64,000 bases of DNA from Hormiphora californensis (taxonomy: Eukaryota; Animalia; Ctenophora). The notes below the pieces were generated by a model, which searched no databases, had not been told where the DNA came from, and saw only the letters and a program-made list of their open reading frames with translations. The stretch lies in the NCBI GenBank assembly GCA_020137815.1, contig CM035357.1, positions 1,860,001-1,924,000 on the forward strand, given 5' to 3'. The position numbers and the translations under genes were made by a program. Positions 23,489-58,166 of the stretch are shown here, piece after piece (within the stretch, counting starts at the first letter, position 1; each line of letters begins with the position of its first letter).

Positions 23489-24851
23489 TAGAGGAGAGAG
23501 AGAGCGCAGGAGAGTATCTCTCTCTCTCTCTCCCTCTATCTGTCAGAGAGTTTATAGCACCTGTCCTCACAAGACTGATTCTCAGTATAACACGTGTGTT
23601 CTAGGGAAGAGAGAGGATTGATTAATGTGTAAAAAAACGATAATAAAGTTTACGTCTCCCGCTCTGGTCCTATCCATTCTATTTGTCTGTGTACGGACTA
23701 ACTCTAGTTATAGATCGGGAGGGGTCTTACTAATGAGTATAGTTCAGCAAATTGGGTACTATAGAGCTACTATTTAAGCAAATTCGAGTTGATTATGACT
23801 TAGAGAAACCCCACGCACCTAGATCGGAATCTACGAGGGAGGATGAGAGGCAAAGATAAGATGAGGGAGAGAAAACGGTGGGAGTCAGGGTTCGGTTGAT
23901 ACATCAATACAGGTACGAAATGTAGAAGTGTAGAGGTTTCCGAAAGTGGTATTTTAAGTGTGTGGAAACCACTTAGAGGAGTATATGGTGAGGATTTGGG
24001 ATATATTCGACGCGCTCAACACAAAGCTCGAGGCTAGTCGCAAATTCCACCCACACTCGAGCTGGCCTGAAAAAAGAAGAAGACCCTAAGTACATCAACC
24101 CACAAACGACACAGAGGGCGAAGCCAAACAGGTAACGACAGACACAAGAAGTCCCAAACACACACACTCAACACAAAAGGAGAAACCTCATCAGATCAAG
24201 AGACCCCCCCCCATAACAACTACAACCAGCAATCGCCCCGCCACCACAAAAAATCCAACCCCCCACCACCAGAGGAAATAAAAAGGGGAATACGAGCCTC
24301 ATGGAAAAAAAGTTAAGCTAAGTTGAGACAGGTAAGGAAGATGAGGAAGTTATTTGGTACGGGGGAAGTGTCCGGAAAATTAAACTTCAACAGACAGACA
24401 GCCACGACGAATTACATAAAACACCGTTATATAATAAAGTCCATTTTTTTTCAAATGTTCAACCAAAAAACGGATCTCCCGTACACATGAAAAAAACAAA
24501 CATAAAAGATAGAGGGCGGAGCGGACCAGGCACCGAGGACAAAGATAGCAAGAAAAGGTGAGCAAGACCCTCAGAAAGAACCGAAAAATAAATGCCGAAA
24601 AGAAGAACAACACCTACCTGACCACCACAGAGACAGAGAAGGTGGACCCCCACCAGACAAACAGTCGCGCTCCCACGTGACTGCGCTAGAAAAGTGAGCT
24701 ATGCGATGAAATAAACCGGAAAAACGGTGGTCGGGAATACTAAAAAAAAAGGGAAGGGAGAGAAGTACAGGTGGAGTTGTCTAAAAGATAGTTATCTAAT
24801 TAGTAAAAAAAAGGGAATTGGAAGTGCGGATGGGGATAGTGTTTTCTTGAA

Positions 24852-24920
24852 TAGTATGACATAGGACCGTCGGGGTCACTTGACCCCGATATATAACCCC
24901 GACGGTCCTATGTCATACTA
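24852..24920. repeat. Perfect 25-bp inverted repeat (hairpin / mini-MITE)
   Basis: tagtatgacataggaccgtcggggt ... accccgacggtcctatgtcatacta with a 19-nt spacer. Confidence 0.85.
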
Positions 24921-26011
24921 CCGAATTGTGATGTTATATCATCATTGTCTGTCCGAATCGTGTTGGCTGGATCTTGGTGTTGTGTGTGTGGTCGATGTAA
25001 ACTACTAATTGTATAATTGCTGAATTTCTCGGGATGCGTAAATTAAGCTGTTCAGAACTTTGTGTGGGTTGATTCGCCTGACACTGTTTCCGAACAATTC
25101 AACATTGTGGGTTGTCAGATTCAGTGAAAAAAACGCCAAAGAAACCAGTGACTCTAGAGTCCCCTTCATCAAGATTTTGTAGTACTACATATATCAATTC
25201 TGATTGCCTTTTACTGATGAAAAGCTTGGAAACAGAACTCTGAATACTTCTTTACCCTTACTTTTAATTAATTTATACGTGATCTTCGACGACTACACGC
25301 TCACGAGAAACAAAGAGAAAAGATCCCCCAACCACACCCCCCCCCCAAGCACAAAAAACAGAACCGTAAGCCAAACCAGCACACCAACCCTAAGCAAGAC
25401 AGAACCACCCCTATAACAAAACACGACGACAATTACACCAAAGACACCCTAAGATCATATCCCCCACTAATCGAAGAATAAAACGCAACCACAACCCGGA
25501 CCCTATTCCCCCTAAAGCGAAGCAAATCAAAAGCACAATACGAAAGCATAGAGAAACAACCTAATAGGTTATTTGAGGGCAAAGGACGGAGCGTAAGGGT
25601 TTATTAAGAAAACCTTAGGAGACCAGTAGTATTCCTGATTCGGTCGGTTCCGATTATAACCAACTTCCAGTACGCCACATTTCTGCAAGGGGAAAAGGAG
25701 AAAGCGGCAAGGGAGGGAAGAAAGAGAAGGAGGAGAAGAAAGGGGGAGTAGTAGATTGAGATAGAAGGACGCTTCCGAAGGATATAATCACAAAATGTGT
25801 CGATAATCTAGATATATTTTTAGCCCCATCCCTACATCTCACTTTTCACGGCCGTGTGAGAATATAGGAAAATGAGATAACTGTCGTGTGGTTGTTGACG
25901 AAGGTTAATAGGGCTCACACAGAACGTCACAGTGAGTATAGTAGGAGATATTAAATTCTATCGTATACTCTCTCTAGTCGCGATCTATAAGAGCCGATAG
26001 CGAGTGATCTA

Positions 26012-26065
<54 letters not shown>

Positions 26066-26431
26066 CCTGCGATCATTTCTCAATCACCACGTCTGTGGAA
26101 CACGCCCCTCTTTCTCTCATCTCTCTTGCATATCCAGCGCATAATGGTATGTTTCTCTAACCTCTCTCTCTCTCTCTCCAAGATTCAATCTCAAATAAGT
26201 TTTCCAAGAAAACGCAGGAATCGTGAATTAGAAATTAAACCCAGACTAAAGTCTGTTTTGCATGTCTTACTGAAACCATGTGTGCACCACCTTATATTCT
26301 TAACCACACGCCCACAATCGCTTTAACAACATTCACCCACCCGAAATAATTTAAACTCCTCTTTGAAACCCATTTTGAAACCCATTTTGAAACCCTCTTT
26401 GAAACCCTCTTTGACACCCATTTTGTTTCAG

Positions 26432-29400
26432 CAAAACCCGCCGTGTCAACTGAAGAAGAGTAACAGTGTCAAGTATCACGATGGGAGGAGACCTACTACA
26501 TTGACGAGGAGTTTGTCTGTCGGTGCAGCTGCAAGGAAGAACGGGTATCATCCAAAACTCTTCCCATTTGAGGTAAGATATATTGATTGGTGCCTCCTCG
26601 TGGGGCATCATGAAACAATTGTATAGACCTTAAAAGCTTCCGTTGTTTTTAATTTGTAAGATATATTCATACAGTCAAACTCCTTGCCTGGCTAGACTGT
26701 GTTTCGGGCGCCCCGCCAAATGTAAAGGGAGGGTTAGAACATAGCAACAAACTCCGATTTACCGGGAGGATAAACTTCCTCCAATATAGGAGGATGTTTA
26801 ACCCCGATATAACGGACACCCCGATATACCGGGTAAAATCCTTTCCCCCTGAGAATCCCGGTAAATCGGGGTCCGACTGTACTATCATCCCCCTATCATC
26901 TGATCCGTGTGAAGTAGGATAGGACTGTGTTTTGATGCCTCGGAAGTCATTGAATGTCAATGGATCAATGGTAGACCTGCTTGATGCTATACATTGGCAC
27001 AGAGTCTGCTGTCTCCAGAAAGGGAGACTGAAAGAGAGAGTGTTATATAAAACCTCCATTTGAAAGTAGAATGACATCATTAGATAGCGTGCTTTACATG
27101 CTTTCAGAGAGATCTAATGGATTCACCAGCCCTCATCACGTTAAATATTGGCATGGATGAAAATTCTATCAGATCTTTTTGTAGCTAATTTTTTTCATTA
27201 TGTATCACTAAAACGAATATATTGTAAAAATATTTACTAGAGTTATAAAAAGTAATTAATGTTAATTATCGATAATTATCACTAACACAACCACCAATAA
27301 TTTCAGCCAGATGACGGATTCGGCAGGATAGAATCTTACACAAGATTAGAGAAGTTGGGAGAGGGAACATACGCTAATGTATACAAGGGGAGGAGCAACA
27401 TTACCGGAGCGTTAGTGGCCCTGAAGGAAACGTGCCTTGAACACGAGGAGGGAGTGCCGTGTACTGCGATACGAGAAGGTAATGTGGGCCATGAGTGTGT
27501 GATTTGTGTGATAATGTGTGATTTGTGTGATAGTTTGAGAGAGGGAGGGCAGTTTTTTCTGGCTTGGCCTGTGAGAAAAAGTAAACTTCTTGTGCAGTAG
27601 AACCTTTGGATGCGGAGAAAATACGGGAAAAACTGCTTTGGTATTTTCACACGCACTTTAGTTAGTGGGAAGCAGGAACCGACCGAAACAAGTAAACAAC
27701 CAATCAGAACTCGTTATTTAGGTCACGTGACTGGTTATCAGCCAATCAGGGACCAGTATTTCCTGATTCGGTCGGTTCCTGGTGGGAAGGTGTCTGTATG
27801 GGTGATGTGTCTGTTTGAACGTGTGATATAGAGAGAGAGGCCGGGTTGATGTGTGTGTGTGTTGCAAGTTTTAACTCTCAATGACACCATGCTGGGAGGA
27901 GAGGAAAGGAGGGGAAGGAGGAGCTGATAATGGGAAAAGGGTGAGGTAGGGGGAGGAGAGAGGAGAGAGGGGGAGGGGGAGGAGGGGATAAGTCTTGGGT
28001 CTGTAATTTGTTGGTTGGTCCGGGGGCAAAAATTGAGAGGAGAGAGAGAGAGAGACTTAGAGAGAGGAGGACGAAAAGAGGAGGACAGAGAGAGACAGAG
28101 ACAGAGAGAAAGAAAGAAAGAGAGAGAGATAGGGTCACATATGAGAAAGTGTGGAATATTCGTGATTGCCGAGATTAATCCCTGCCGAGATGAGATTTAC
28201 AGGCACCAGACAGAACAAGACGAAGGGCTGGCAGTGGGATATCATCGAAGTTAGTGCACGCGACAGTGTGGCAGTGGAAATTTAATATCTATAATGGGTA
28301 GAAAGTAGATGGGACGGGATATTGATAGTGACGTCGTTAGTTAGAGTTCTGTGTGTAATATTCATTGAGGATAAGATGACTGTGATATAGAGGGGGGTGT
28401 GGTCTTATATAAAGAACAATATGAACCACTTGTGCAGCAGCTGTGATGGCGTATTTGAACTAAGAAATATGAAGGTCACTAATTGTCAGGCACTGACTGT
28501 AACATCGCACACGCTGCTACGCAAGGTGCAGAGAGGACAGTCTTAGATGAGACAAAAGGTCACGTACTTTGAACTTTGAACTTCCTTTAATTTACCTCCC
28601 CTTCATATATCCACATCAAATCGGATCTTTTCACAGATGTTCCCCGCACGAACTCGTTTATCTAATAGCTATCTGATATATCTATCTCTGTTCCACAGTT
28701 AATCCTTCCAACCACAATATTATAGACAGACCTGTCGAAATCCAGATATTAACTTTAATTGTTTCAGTTTTTGTTCATGTTTGTAGTAAACAACTTGTTG
28801 TAGATAAAATCAATGAAAATATACCTCTTTCTCAAGGAATGAGAGAGAAAGAGATAGAGAAAGAGAGGATTGAAAAGAGAATTAGAGATAGAGTAAGAGA
28901 GGGGAGTATGTAGATGTGAATTACATTACGACGGTCACAGTATAATGACCCCCCCCCCCCCCCCCGCACACACACACATGAATCATTACATTAAGGGGTG
29001 GGTGGGGTCCAAAAAAAAACACCCCTGCGGTACACAAAATACACATGCATATATTGGGGCTGACTTTTTCAAGGTCATGCATTATAATGTTTATACCTTT
29101 TCTCATGATCATGAGGCCTAAAGAAAAGGTATAAACATTATAATGCATGACGCCATGATGCCTCAACCCCATGATGTCCTAATAACAATCTCTCTAACAA
29201 TTCTAATATTTATCAATCTCCTCAGGGGTGTTGGCTGCATCTTGAGTGAGATGTGTACCGGCAAGGCTCTATTCCCTGGATCCACTGTAGAAGAGGAGCT
29301 TTATCTTATCTTTTCGGTACGTTTTTAACCTTTTTAAACTTAGAATTAAATCGAATTGATCTGATCGATTGAGAGACTCAGTCTCCGAAAAAAGTGAAAT

Positions 29401-30619
29401 GATACAGAGAGGATAAAGGGTGTAATGTAGGGAAGCAGACTGGAAATAGATGATCCGAGAGGGAGGGAGAGAGAGCTGCTGTTTTGGCTCTACACTTGAC
29501 CACACTACCACAGCTCACTCTCTCATCATCCCAGAGATTGCTGTGTTGTTCTCGGTTGTGTAGCGCGCGAAACGTTCACTGTTGACAACACCGCGCGCAC
29601 CCATTTCATAGTGTGTACAGAACTGAAACACACAAACAAATGGAAGTACACACACAAACAAACAAACAAATTAACCCCTTTTTATCTCAAACTTACCCTT
29701 GTTTCGTTCAAAAGAGAGGTTCGAGCAAGAATATTTTTATCTCCATTTCCCCCCCCTTTTAAAATTTCTATTCCATATCTTCCTCGACTAAAGCCCCTAC
29801 CAACGGAATCAACCTGGCCGGGTGTCTACCAAATACCTGACTTTCTGGCGGGGGATTGGCCACACAGTGAGGGGGAACCCATAGAGAAATTGGGATTGAG
29901 ACTCGATACAGCTGGGGTTGATCTATTGGACAAGTTCCTAAAGGTAATGTTGTTGGATAAGTGTGAAGAAAAGATAGAATTGTAATGACAGAGTCTTCAG
30001 TCTTATTTCTCCAATTCCCAGTTAAACCCCTCTAACCCCCTTCCTCCCTCTCTCCCTCCAGTACCTCCTAATCAGTAATCCTAAACCCCATTTTCTCGTC
30101 TACCACCCTCTCCACAGTTACCCACTAACCCCGCATATCTCCACAACCCCCCCTCCTATCTCCCCAGTTACCCACTCTAACACCTATTTTCCCTCCAGTA
30201 CCCCACTAACCCCCTATTCTCCCACTTAACCCCCCTAGTTCCAACCACGTACCCCCCTCGATGGAGGATATCGGCGGGTGAAGCCCTAAAACACAAATGG
30301 TTCTCCTCTCTTCCAGCTGCAGTACACACAACACCCCCGACACAATCTATATTCGTACATAAAGAGATATTCCTCCGGTCGACGCCCTCTTAGCTACACC
30401 CTTCCGGCATAACCCGAGTAAGTTACCCCCGCCCCCAACTCTGTCTAGCGCCTATAGACCCCGTTTTAATTCAGATAGGGTCGGCGTCGCCATACAGCCC
30501 CACTCGAGCACCCTACTAATAATGGAATCGATTCATCATGGTTTCTCCTAATAACAACCTATAATATTTCAGAGGATAAGAAACGTCGCTTCGAAGGAGC
30601 GGGACTTCGTCTGAACTGA
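26432..30619 (+). CDS. PCTAIRE-type cyclin-dependent kinase (CDK16/17/18-like), incomplete in this assembly
   Basis: Exons 26432-26572, 27307-27478 ([25 protein letters not shown]...VALKE...[11 protein letters not shown]), 29226-29316 ([20 protein letters not shown]), ~29795-29943 (TWPG..RLD..GVDLL), ~30250-30417 ([13 protein letters not shown]), 30573-30619. HRDLK/DFG exons are not readable because 27850-28900 is degraded. Candidate upstream exons end at 21052 and lie at ~22776-22910. Confidence 0.85.
26684..26750 (+). repeat. Short dispersed repeat family C (TTGCCTGGCTAGACTGTG...AAATGTAAAGGGAGGGTTAGAACA); also ~32339, ~40821, ~51543, ~54470-54540(-), ~60273
   Basis: Six recognisable partial copies in the window. 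Confidence 0.7.
27673..27781 (+). mobile_element. MITE family A in CDK intron
   Basis: 15-bp TIRs; 8-bp direct repeat gtgggaag. Confidence 0.9.
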
Positions 30620-31152
30620 CTCTAACTGGGATATACATCCAATTGCATGTTTAGCTTCAAATACATGTGTTAAAGATCTGAAAACCGCGGAGACAGCTCA
30701 GAAGATTGATATGATGCTCCTTCCAATAGTGTTGTTATGACAACATGTCGTTATGGCAACATGACGAGTTGTGATGGAATGAAACAGTTGAATTTGAAAG
30801 AAATTTTGAAAAAGACCAATATATATCGTGAGAGCTTTATGAACTGTGAAAACGACAGTGAGACGGTTTTTGACGAAAAAAAATATCTTGTGTTAGAACG
30901 TTGTTACTACTGCCAATGCGCCCAATTAACCAACCTCTTTTAATTATATTCATTATTCAATTCCAAACTGCATCGGGAAGATCCTCAATCCTAAAAGTAA
31001 ATCTCACGCGAGAAAGTACCTCCCCCCTACGTGAGGGGGGTCGTGCGGGAGGACCTGAATACGTGACAGCTGCTTCACTGTCACAGCTTGTATCCACTAT
31101 CCAAGCTGCGTTACCCATTATCCCATATACCAATACCCCGCCTAGACAGGTA

Positions 31153-31206
<54 letters not shown>

Positions 31207-31236
31207 CTAGACAGGTATATACCGATATATCCCTAG

Positions 31237-46934
<15,698 letters not shown>

Positions 46935-47864
46935 GGAATGAATATTGGATAATATGCGCTGACCATTTGATAATTCCCTCATTTGGGTGAAGGAAGGAGT
47001 GGTCAGGCATCGCGCTGACAGCGATAGGAGGGCTGTGGACCTACAGACAGTTTAAGTAATTGAGCGTGTGTGTATTGAAACTCTATTATAGGACAATTAC
47101 TAATATTTTATGGTTCTAAATACTATATCAAAACTTGTTTCGTTCGTGTGTATAAGTTATATACTATAACTGCAGTACTTGTGTATTTACAGCTGTGCTC
47201 CGAATTGAATGTTAACCATTTTGAATGTTAATTTCACCCTTAATTATAATTGACAACCAACTAAAACGCTGCCAATTCAAGTGCTTATAAAGAAAGTATT
47301 CAAACACTGTACAACTCCACAAGTTTCTAAACATTTCAGTCAACAACAATATTATTCTCGCAGCAGTGATTAAGTCATGGGTGTCTCTAAAATGTCCTGT
47401 GCTTCTTCAACTAGGGTTTCAGCGAAACAAATCTGCACGTCACAAAACACATCGTCCACTTGCTGCTGTAATTCAGTCATTTTATTCTCCAATCCTGATT
47501 TACTGACGGTGTCCTTTGGGGAATCACTGAGGTGCTGATCGGTATCGTTCGAAGATCCTGCGAAAGTGTTTGTTTGGGTAAATTATTCCCACGCCGCGCA
47601 GCAGCCGATGCTGAAATTTGTACTTTGATAATGTAAAGAGTTGCGCGCGTCCCAAAACATACAACTTTCATCCTTCCCTCACTCGATTGACTTCCACTCC
47701 GGTGTTTTCAATTCTGGGAACTTACCCTTTTTTGGTAGTTCTATTGATTCAACACCGGGAGGTGGCTGAGCCTGACGCGTTGGAGTAGTCAGAGGAATAG
47801 CCGGTAAGGTCTGAGTCTGACGGGGAACAGTTATCACTGGTTTAGGTGTGAGAGATATCTTTTT

Positions 47865-53911
<6,047 letters not shown>

Positions 53912-55331
53912 CTGATGGGGTGTTATACATAGTGGGTTATATTATGGGGTAGCAGTACAATACTATCATGAGGGTGCCCGATGCAGTGCAACACCATGAC
54001 TTAAAATCAGAGGCTAGATGCGTTGAGAGTTATAGTTAACCTCATTGACTGTATTATAATAGGGTAGATTACTAATGTGGTGAAATAAACAGTCGTTCAA
54101 GAAGATCACACAAGACAACACCTGAATGTAGTCGCCTAATCAAGCATATATCGCACAACATCTAAATTGAGTTGTCTAGGTACCACCATGTCTGTGCTGC
54201 TACGGATTCAACTATCTGTCAGATTCCCCATTCTTACCCCAATTCTTACCCCAATTCTTACCCCAATTCTTACCCCAATAACACTGAGCTGGGTCTCCTA
54301 AGGTCCTCTAGGCATAGTTGGGTCGTATTGGCTCGGAGGACCACATTTGGGATCTTCACAAGCAGGTTAGAACAGTGCAGGCAAGTCCAAGTAACTATCT
54401 GAAGAGAGGAAGGGGTGATTATCGGAATCTAATAACTGTCACCTAATTTATTGTATATACCTTGCTGTTGTTATGTTCTAACCTTCCTTTACAATTGTTT
54501 CGCGGGCGGGGCGCGCGAAAAACAGTCTAGCTAGGCAACCTTGCTGTACTTTCTATTCTTTCTCTATTGTAATTGTTGCCTGAACACTAACCATTGCAAA
54601 TAATCCTTACTATGTTCTAACCCCCCTTTAAAATATCTGTGAATCTTATAATGGGGGGAAAAATGGCACTTTTCAGCACAGTCAAACAAAATCATTCTTT
54701 AGTTTACATTAGAAAACGCGATCAAAACAATTTTTGGTTTTCAACTGTAATTAGATATAAGCAGCAATACATAAAACAGCTAATTCGTGGCGGTTAGTTT
54801 ACAACACATTTCAACTTCTGCCATTCAATCAGCATAGAATTATTAAGATACTAGCCAGCAGCAGTAGTTTTATTTTCAGTATCTTCACATCGAAATACTG
54901 GATTCCTAATATTGACTGGGGCAATTGCTATTCTCATGTGAATATCGTTTTTGAAAACAGATCCTCTACTCATAGCGATATAAATTATTGGATTCAAAAA
55001 CGAATTCAATGGCGTTAGGACAACATATGCAAAAAATAGTAGTATCATCAGACTTAAAGATCTGCTCTGCATCTCTATCTCAATTGATGTTGCACTTAAT
55101 TCATCCTTGTTTCTAATTACCAATTGATCGCCTACAAACGCACAAAACATGCTGAATAAACTGAGACCGTTTATAAATAGAACCCTGAGTGTGCTACCAA
55201 GGGACCGAGCAATGCTGTTACTGACAGGGTTCAAAAATCTTTTGAAAAGATGCAACACAGTCATAGCTCCACAAACGGCACCGGCACCTTGGAAAACCCA
55301 GCGAGGCACTGCAGATATTATCTCTACACTC

Positions 55332-55440
55332 CAGGAACCGACCGAAACAAGTAAACAACCAATCAGAACTCGTTATTTAGGTCACGTGACTGGTAATCAG
55401 CCAATCAGGGACCAGTATTTCCTGATTCGGTCGGTTCCTG
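55332..55440 (+). mobile_element. MITE family A inserted in GPCR coding sequence
   Basis: 12-bp duplication atctctacactc. Confidence 0.92.
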
Positions 55441-55542
55441 ATCTCTACACTCAAAGAAGAAATGTAAAATCCTGAAATGTTTAAACCATTCTGGGGGAAA
55501 CAAATTTGGCAATAGTTTAGGAACACCGACTCTTTTGAAATA

Positions 55543-55641
55543 CAGTCGGACCCCGATTTACCGGGATGCTCGGGGGAAAGGGTTTTGTCCGGTAAATCGG
55601 GGTTCCGGTAAATCGGGGCCCGGTAAATCGGGGTCCGACTG
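55543..55641. mobile_element. MITE family B inserted in GPCR coding sequence
   Basis: TIR cagtcggaccccgatttaccgg; TA duplication. Confidence 0.9.
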
Positions 55642-57149
55642 TATATCCGGCATAAAATGAATAAAACCCTTGTACAAATGCTGTATAACCGAGGCATACC
55701 AAGAGGGAGCCAAAAAAAGATTTTCGTGGTATCTCCCTAAAGGGGAATTTTATCTGTAAGAATCTCGCTACTGTAAGATAGCTGGTAATGATGAAAGGAG
55801 CATCATAAAAAAATAGATGTGCATACGAGGAAATTAAGCACCTTTCCGTCCCATTTCGATTCAAATAGTAATAGAACCCATCTTCACATATGTCCGACTG
55901 AGTAATGTCGTTAAAACAGTCGGGGTCTTTTTGTTTCCAAAGACCGACAGCCATTACAATACTAATGATGGGACATGTGAGGAGATCGACAGTGCCGAGC
56001 ACAAGGTAAAGATTTCGTGCGATGGATGATTTTTTCCAGTAGTTGTGTCGTAGTACTAGAAGGTTGAGAGGAATTCCAATCACGGCAAGGAGAATGAATA
56101 AGATCATCAGTGGAAAATCTGGAACTGAAGTCCCTCCTTCACTAAAAATTGCCATGTCTAAAAACTCCTCCAATATAATAGTAAGTGTCTGATTTACGTT
56201 TGAAATCAAGTTATAGAGATCAAACCGCAAAGAAGATGTAACATACGAATTTTTCGTCTAGATAACTCGATTTGTGGTTTACTTACGTTTAAACCAAGTA
56301 AAAGTTAGAACTATATTCAAGGGATGGTCGACGGTCGTAAGACCGCAAAATCTGCCGTGTGCTGCACACAAACGACTAGCAAATTTGAGTGGGTTGTACG
56401 GAAATGCGTGCTGAGAGAGCAAATAACGGAATTTTTCCAACTTTTTTTCACTGTGGAATTCAAAAGGCCGTCACCTACAATCCAGTGAAATCCCGGTGGA
56501 AAACGGTTAATTACAGTGGACTCAAAACAACTTCATTTTGTGGTCTCACTTGAAGTCACGTGATCTCGGGCAAATGAGAGCTTGGTATTATTTTATGTTC
56601 GCAAAAGGCAAGCTTCCCCTCGTCCGACCCGAAGTTGGAATCATATGGGTTTAGTTTGTCGAACCGGCAAGTTGCTAACATTTTCAAATCTTCACTACTT
56701 CTCAAATGATCCCATACTTTCAGTCTAATCCCAAAATCCTATTAAAAATAGAGACAAAAATAACGGCACCAAACTGTGAAATGCCCTTGCATTAGTGCGA
56801 GTAGAATAAAATCAATTTTCTATCTAAAGGCCGAGTTTATAGCAAGAAAGGACTATTTTACAACGAATTCTCTGGTTAGTATGGTAACCAACTCCGTTGT
56901 CATGGTAAATCAATCGAACTCTATCGAGTTCTATCGCCAGCAACTGGATGAAAATTTATCCATTTCATTATGCACAATGCACAGGCTTTGGTTACGAAGT
57001 TACCCCTTGCCAGCGTGTGCACGCGAAGGTCGCCCGGCGACAGAGTGTGAGGTGTCTTCGATACCAAGCACAGGCTTGTGTAACAAAAAGGGGCGTTTTT
57101 ATAGGTTATTGTTCATCATAACCTGAAATAAATAATTTTCATTACTTTC

Positions 57150-58110
57150 ACAAAGGCTCAAAGTTTGAATATCAAATTTGCCAAAATTGTGCAGGGGCCA
57201 CCCCAAAATTAATCTCTAAGTAATTAATTAATTAATTTTGACTATTCCCACTTTCTGTAGATTATATTATATGTTTTATGCATGAAGAACATTCCTAGAA
57301 AGTTTCAAGTCGATATTTTAAGCAGAACGGAAAATATAATTTAGTGCATGGGCAAACAAAATGGTGCAAGGGCACATGTTCAGGGGAAATTTGCACAAAT
57401 TGTGCAAGGGCAAATTTTGATTAATTTGCCTATAATTAATTACCTAATTGATATATTAATCATACGGCTCTTCTAGTACTCGTAGTTATGCTACTAGAAC
57501 ATGCATAGAAAGTTTCGTGTCAAAATATTAAACGGTGTGGACACAGTTCGATCATAAAATTGGTGCAAGGGCTGCCCTTGCACCATTTGCCCTTGCACAT
57601 TGCCTGCCCTTGCACCAAATTCCATTTTTTGCACGGCTCTAACTAACTAATTAATTAATTTTGACTATTCCCACTTTTCGAACATCATCTTTTATGATTG
57701 AAGAACATTCCTACAAAGTTTCAAGTCGATATTTTAAGCAGAACGGAAAATAGAATTTGGTGCAAGGGCGCGGTGCAAGGGACAGAACACGCAATGTGCA
57801 AGGGCACGGTGCCCTTGCACCATTTTTAATTACCTATAATTAATTAATTAATTAAAAATTCAAAAATCCGCCAACGTCATGACACAAAGGAATACTACAA
57901 GAACATGCCTACAAAATTTCAAGTCGATATCTCAAACGGTGTGGCCACAATCGTTGACATGTTTTTTGCCCCCCCCCCCCCAAAAAAAAGACCTTTCTTT
58001 GTTCTTAATAGGGCCGGCATTTTTGGGTTTTTGTGCAAGGGCAAAAAATTTTTTTTTCTTTTTTTCGTTTTTTGCTGTTTTCTTCGGGTCGGAGGTGCCT
58101 GCCGGCACCT
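57150..58110. repeat. Transposon-like non-coding repeat with internal direct and inverted motifs
   Basis: Many GTGCAAGGGC/GCCCTTGCAC motifs, duplicated aagtttcaagtcgatat blocks and a terminal hairpin ggtgcc-tgcc-ggcacc. Confidence 0.5.
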
Positions 58111-58166
58111 AAATTAAAGGCAAATAATAAGTGAGACTGTAAAATCAGTTTTGCATGTGGAGTTAC

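Larger units (their letters stand above)
54851..56155 (-). pseudogene. Class A (rhodopsin-like) GPCR interrupted by two MITEs
   Basis: TM1 GIPLN, TM2 LGTVDLL, TM3 ARF (DRY position), TM7 NSFLNPIIY. Removing 55543-55641 plus TA and 55332-55440 plus the 12-bp duplication gives one continuous ORF. The frame is open upstream to ~56257. Confidence 0.8.

Noticed and set aside
21400-25800. GC-rich or rDNA-like island and purine-rich ORFs
   Set aside because: No conserved rRNA motif was recognised; composition and garbled repeat remnants indicate low-quality consensus.
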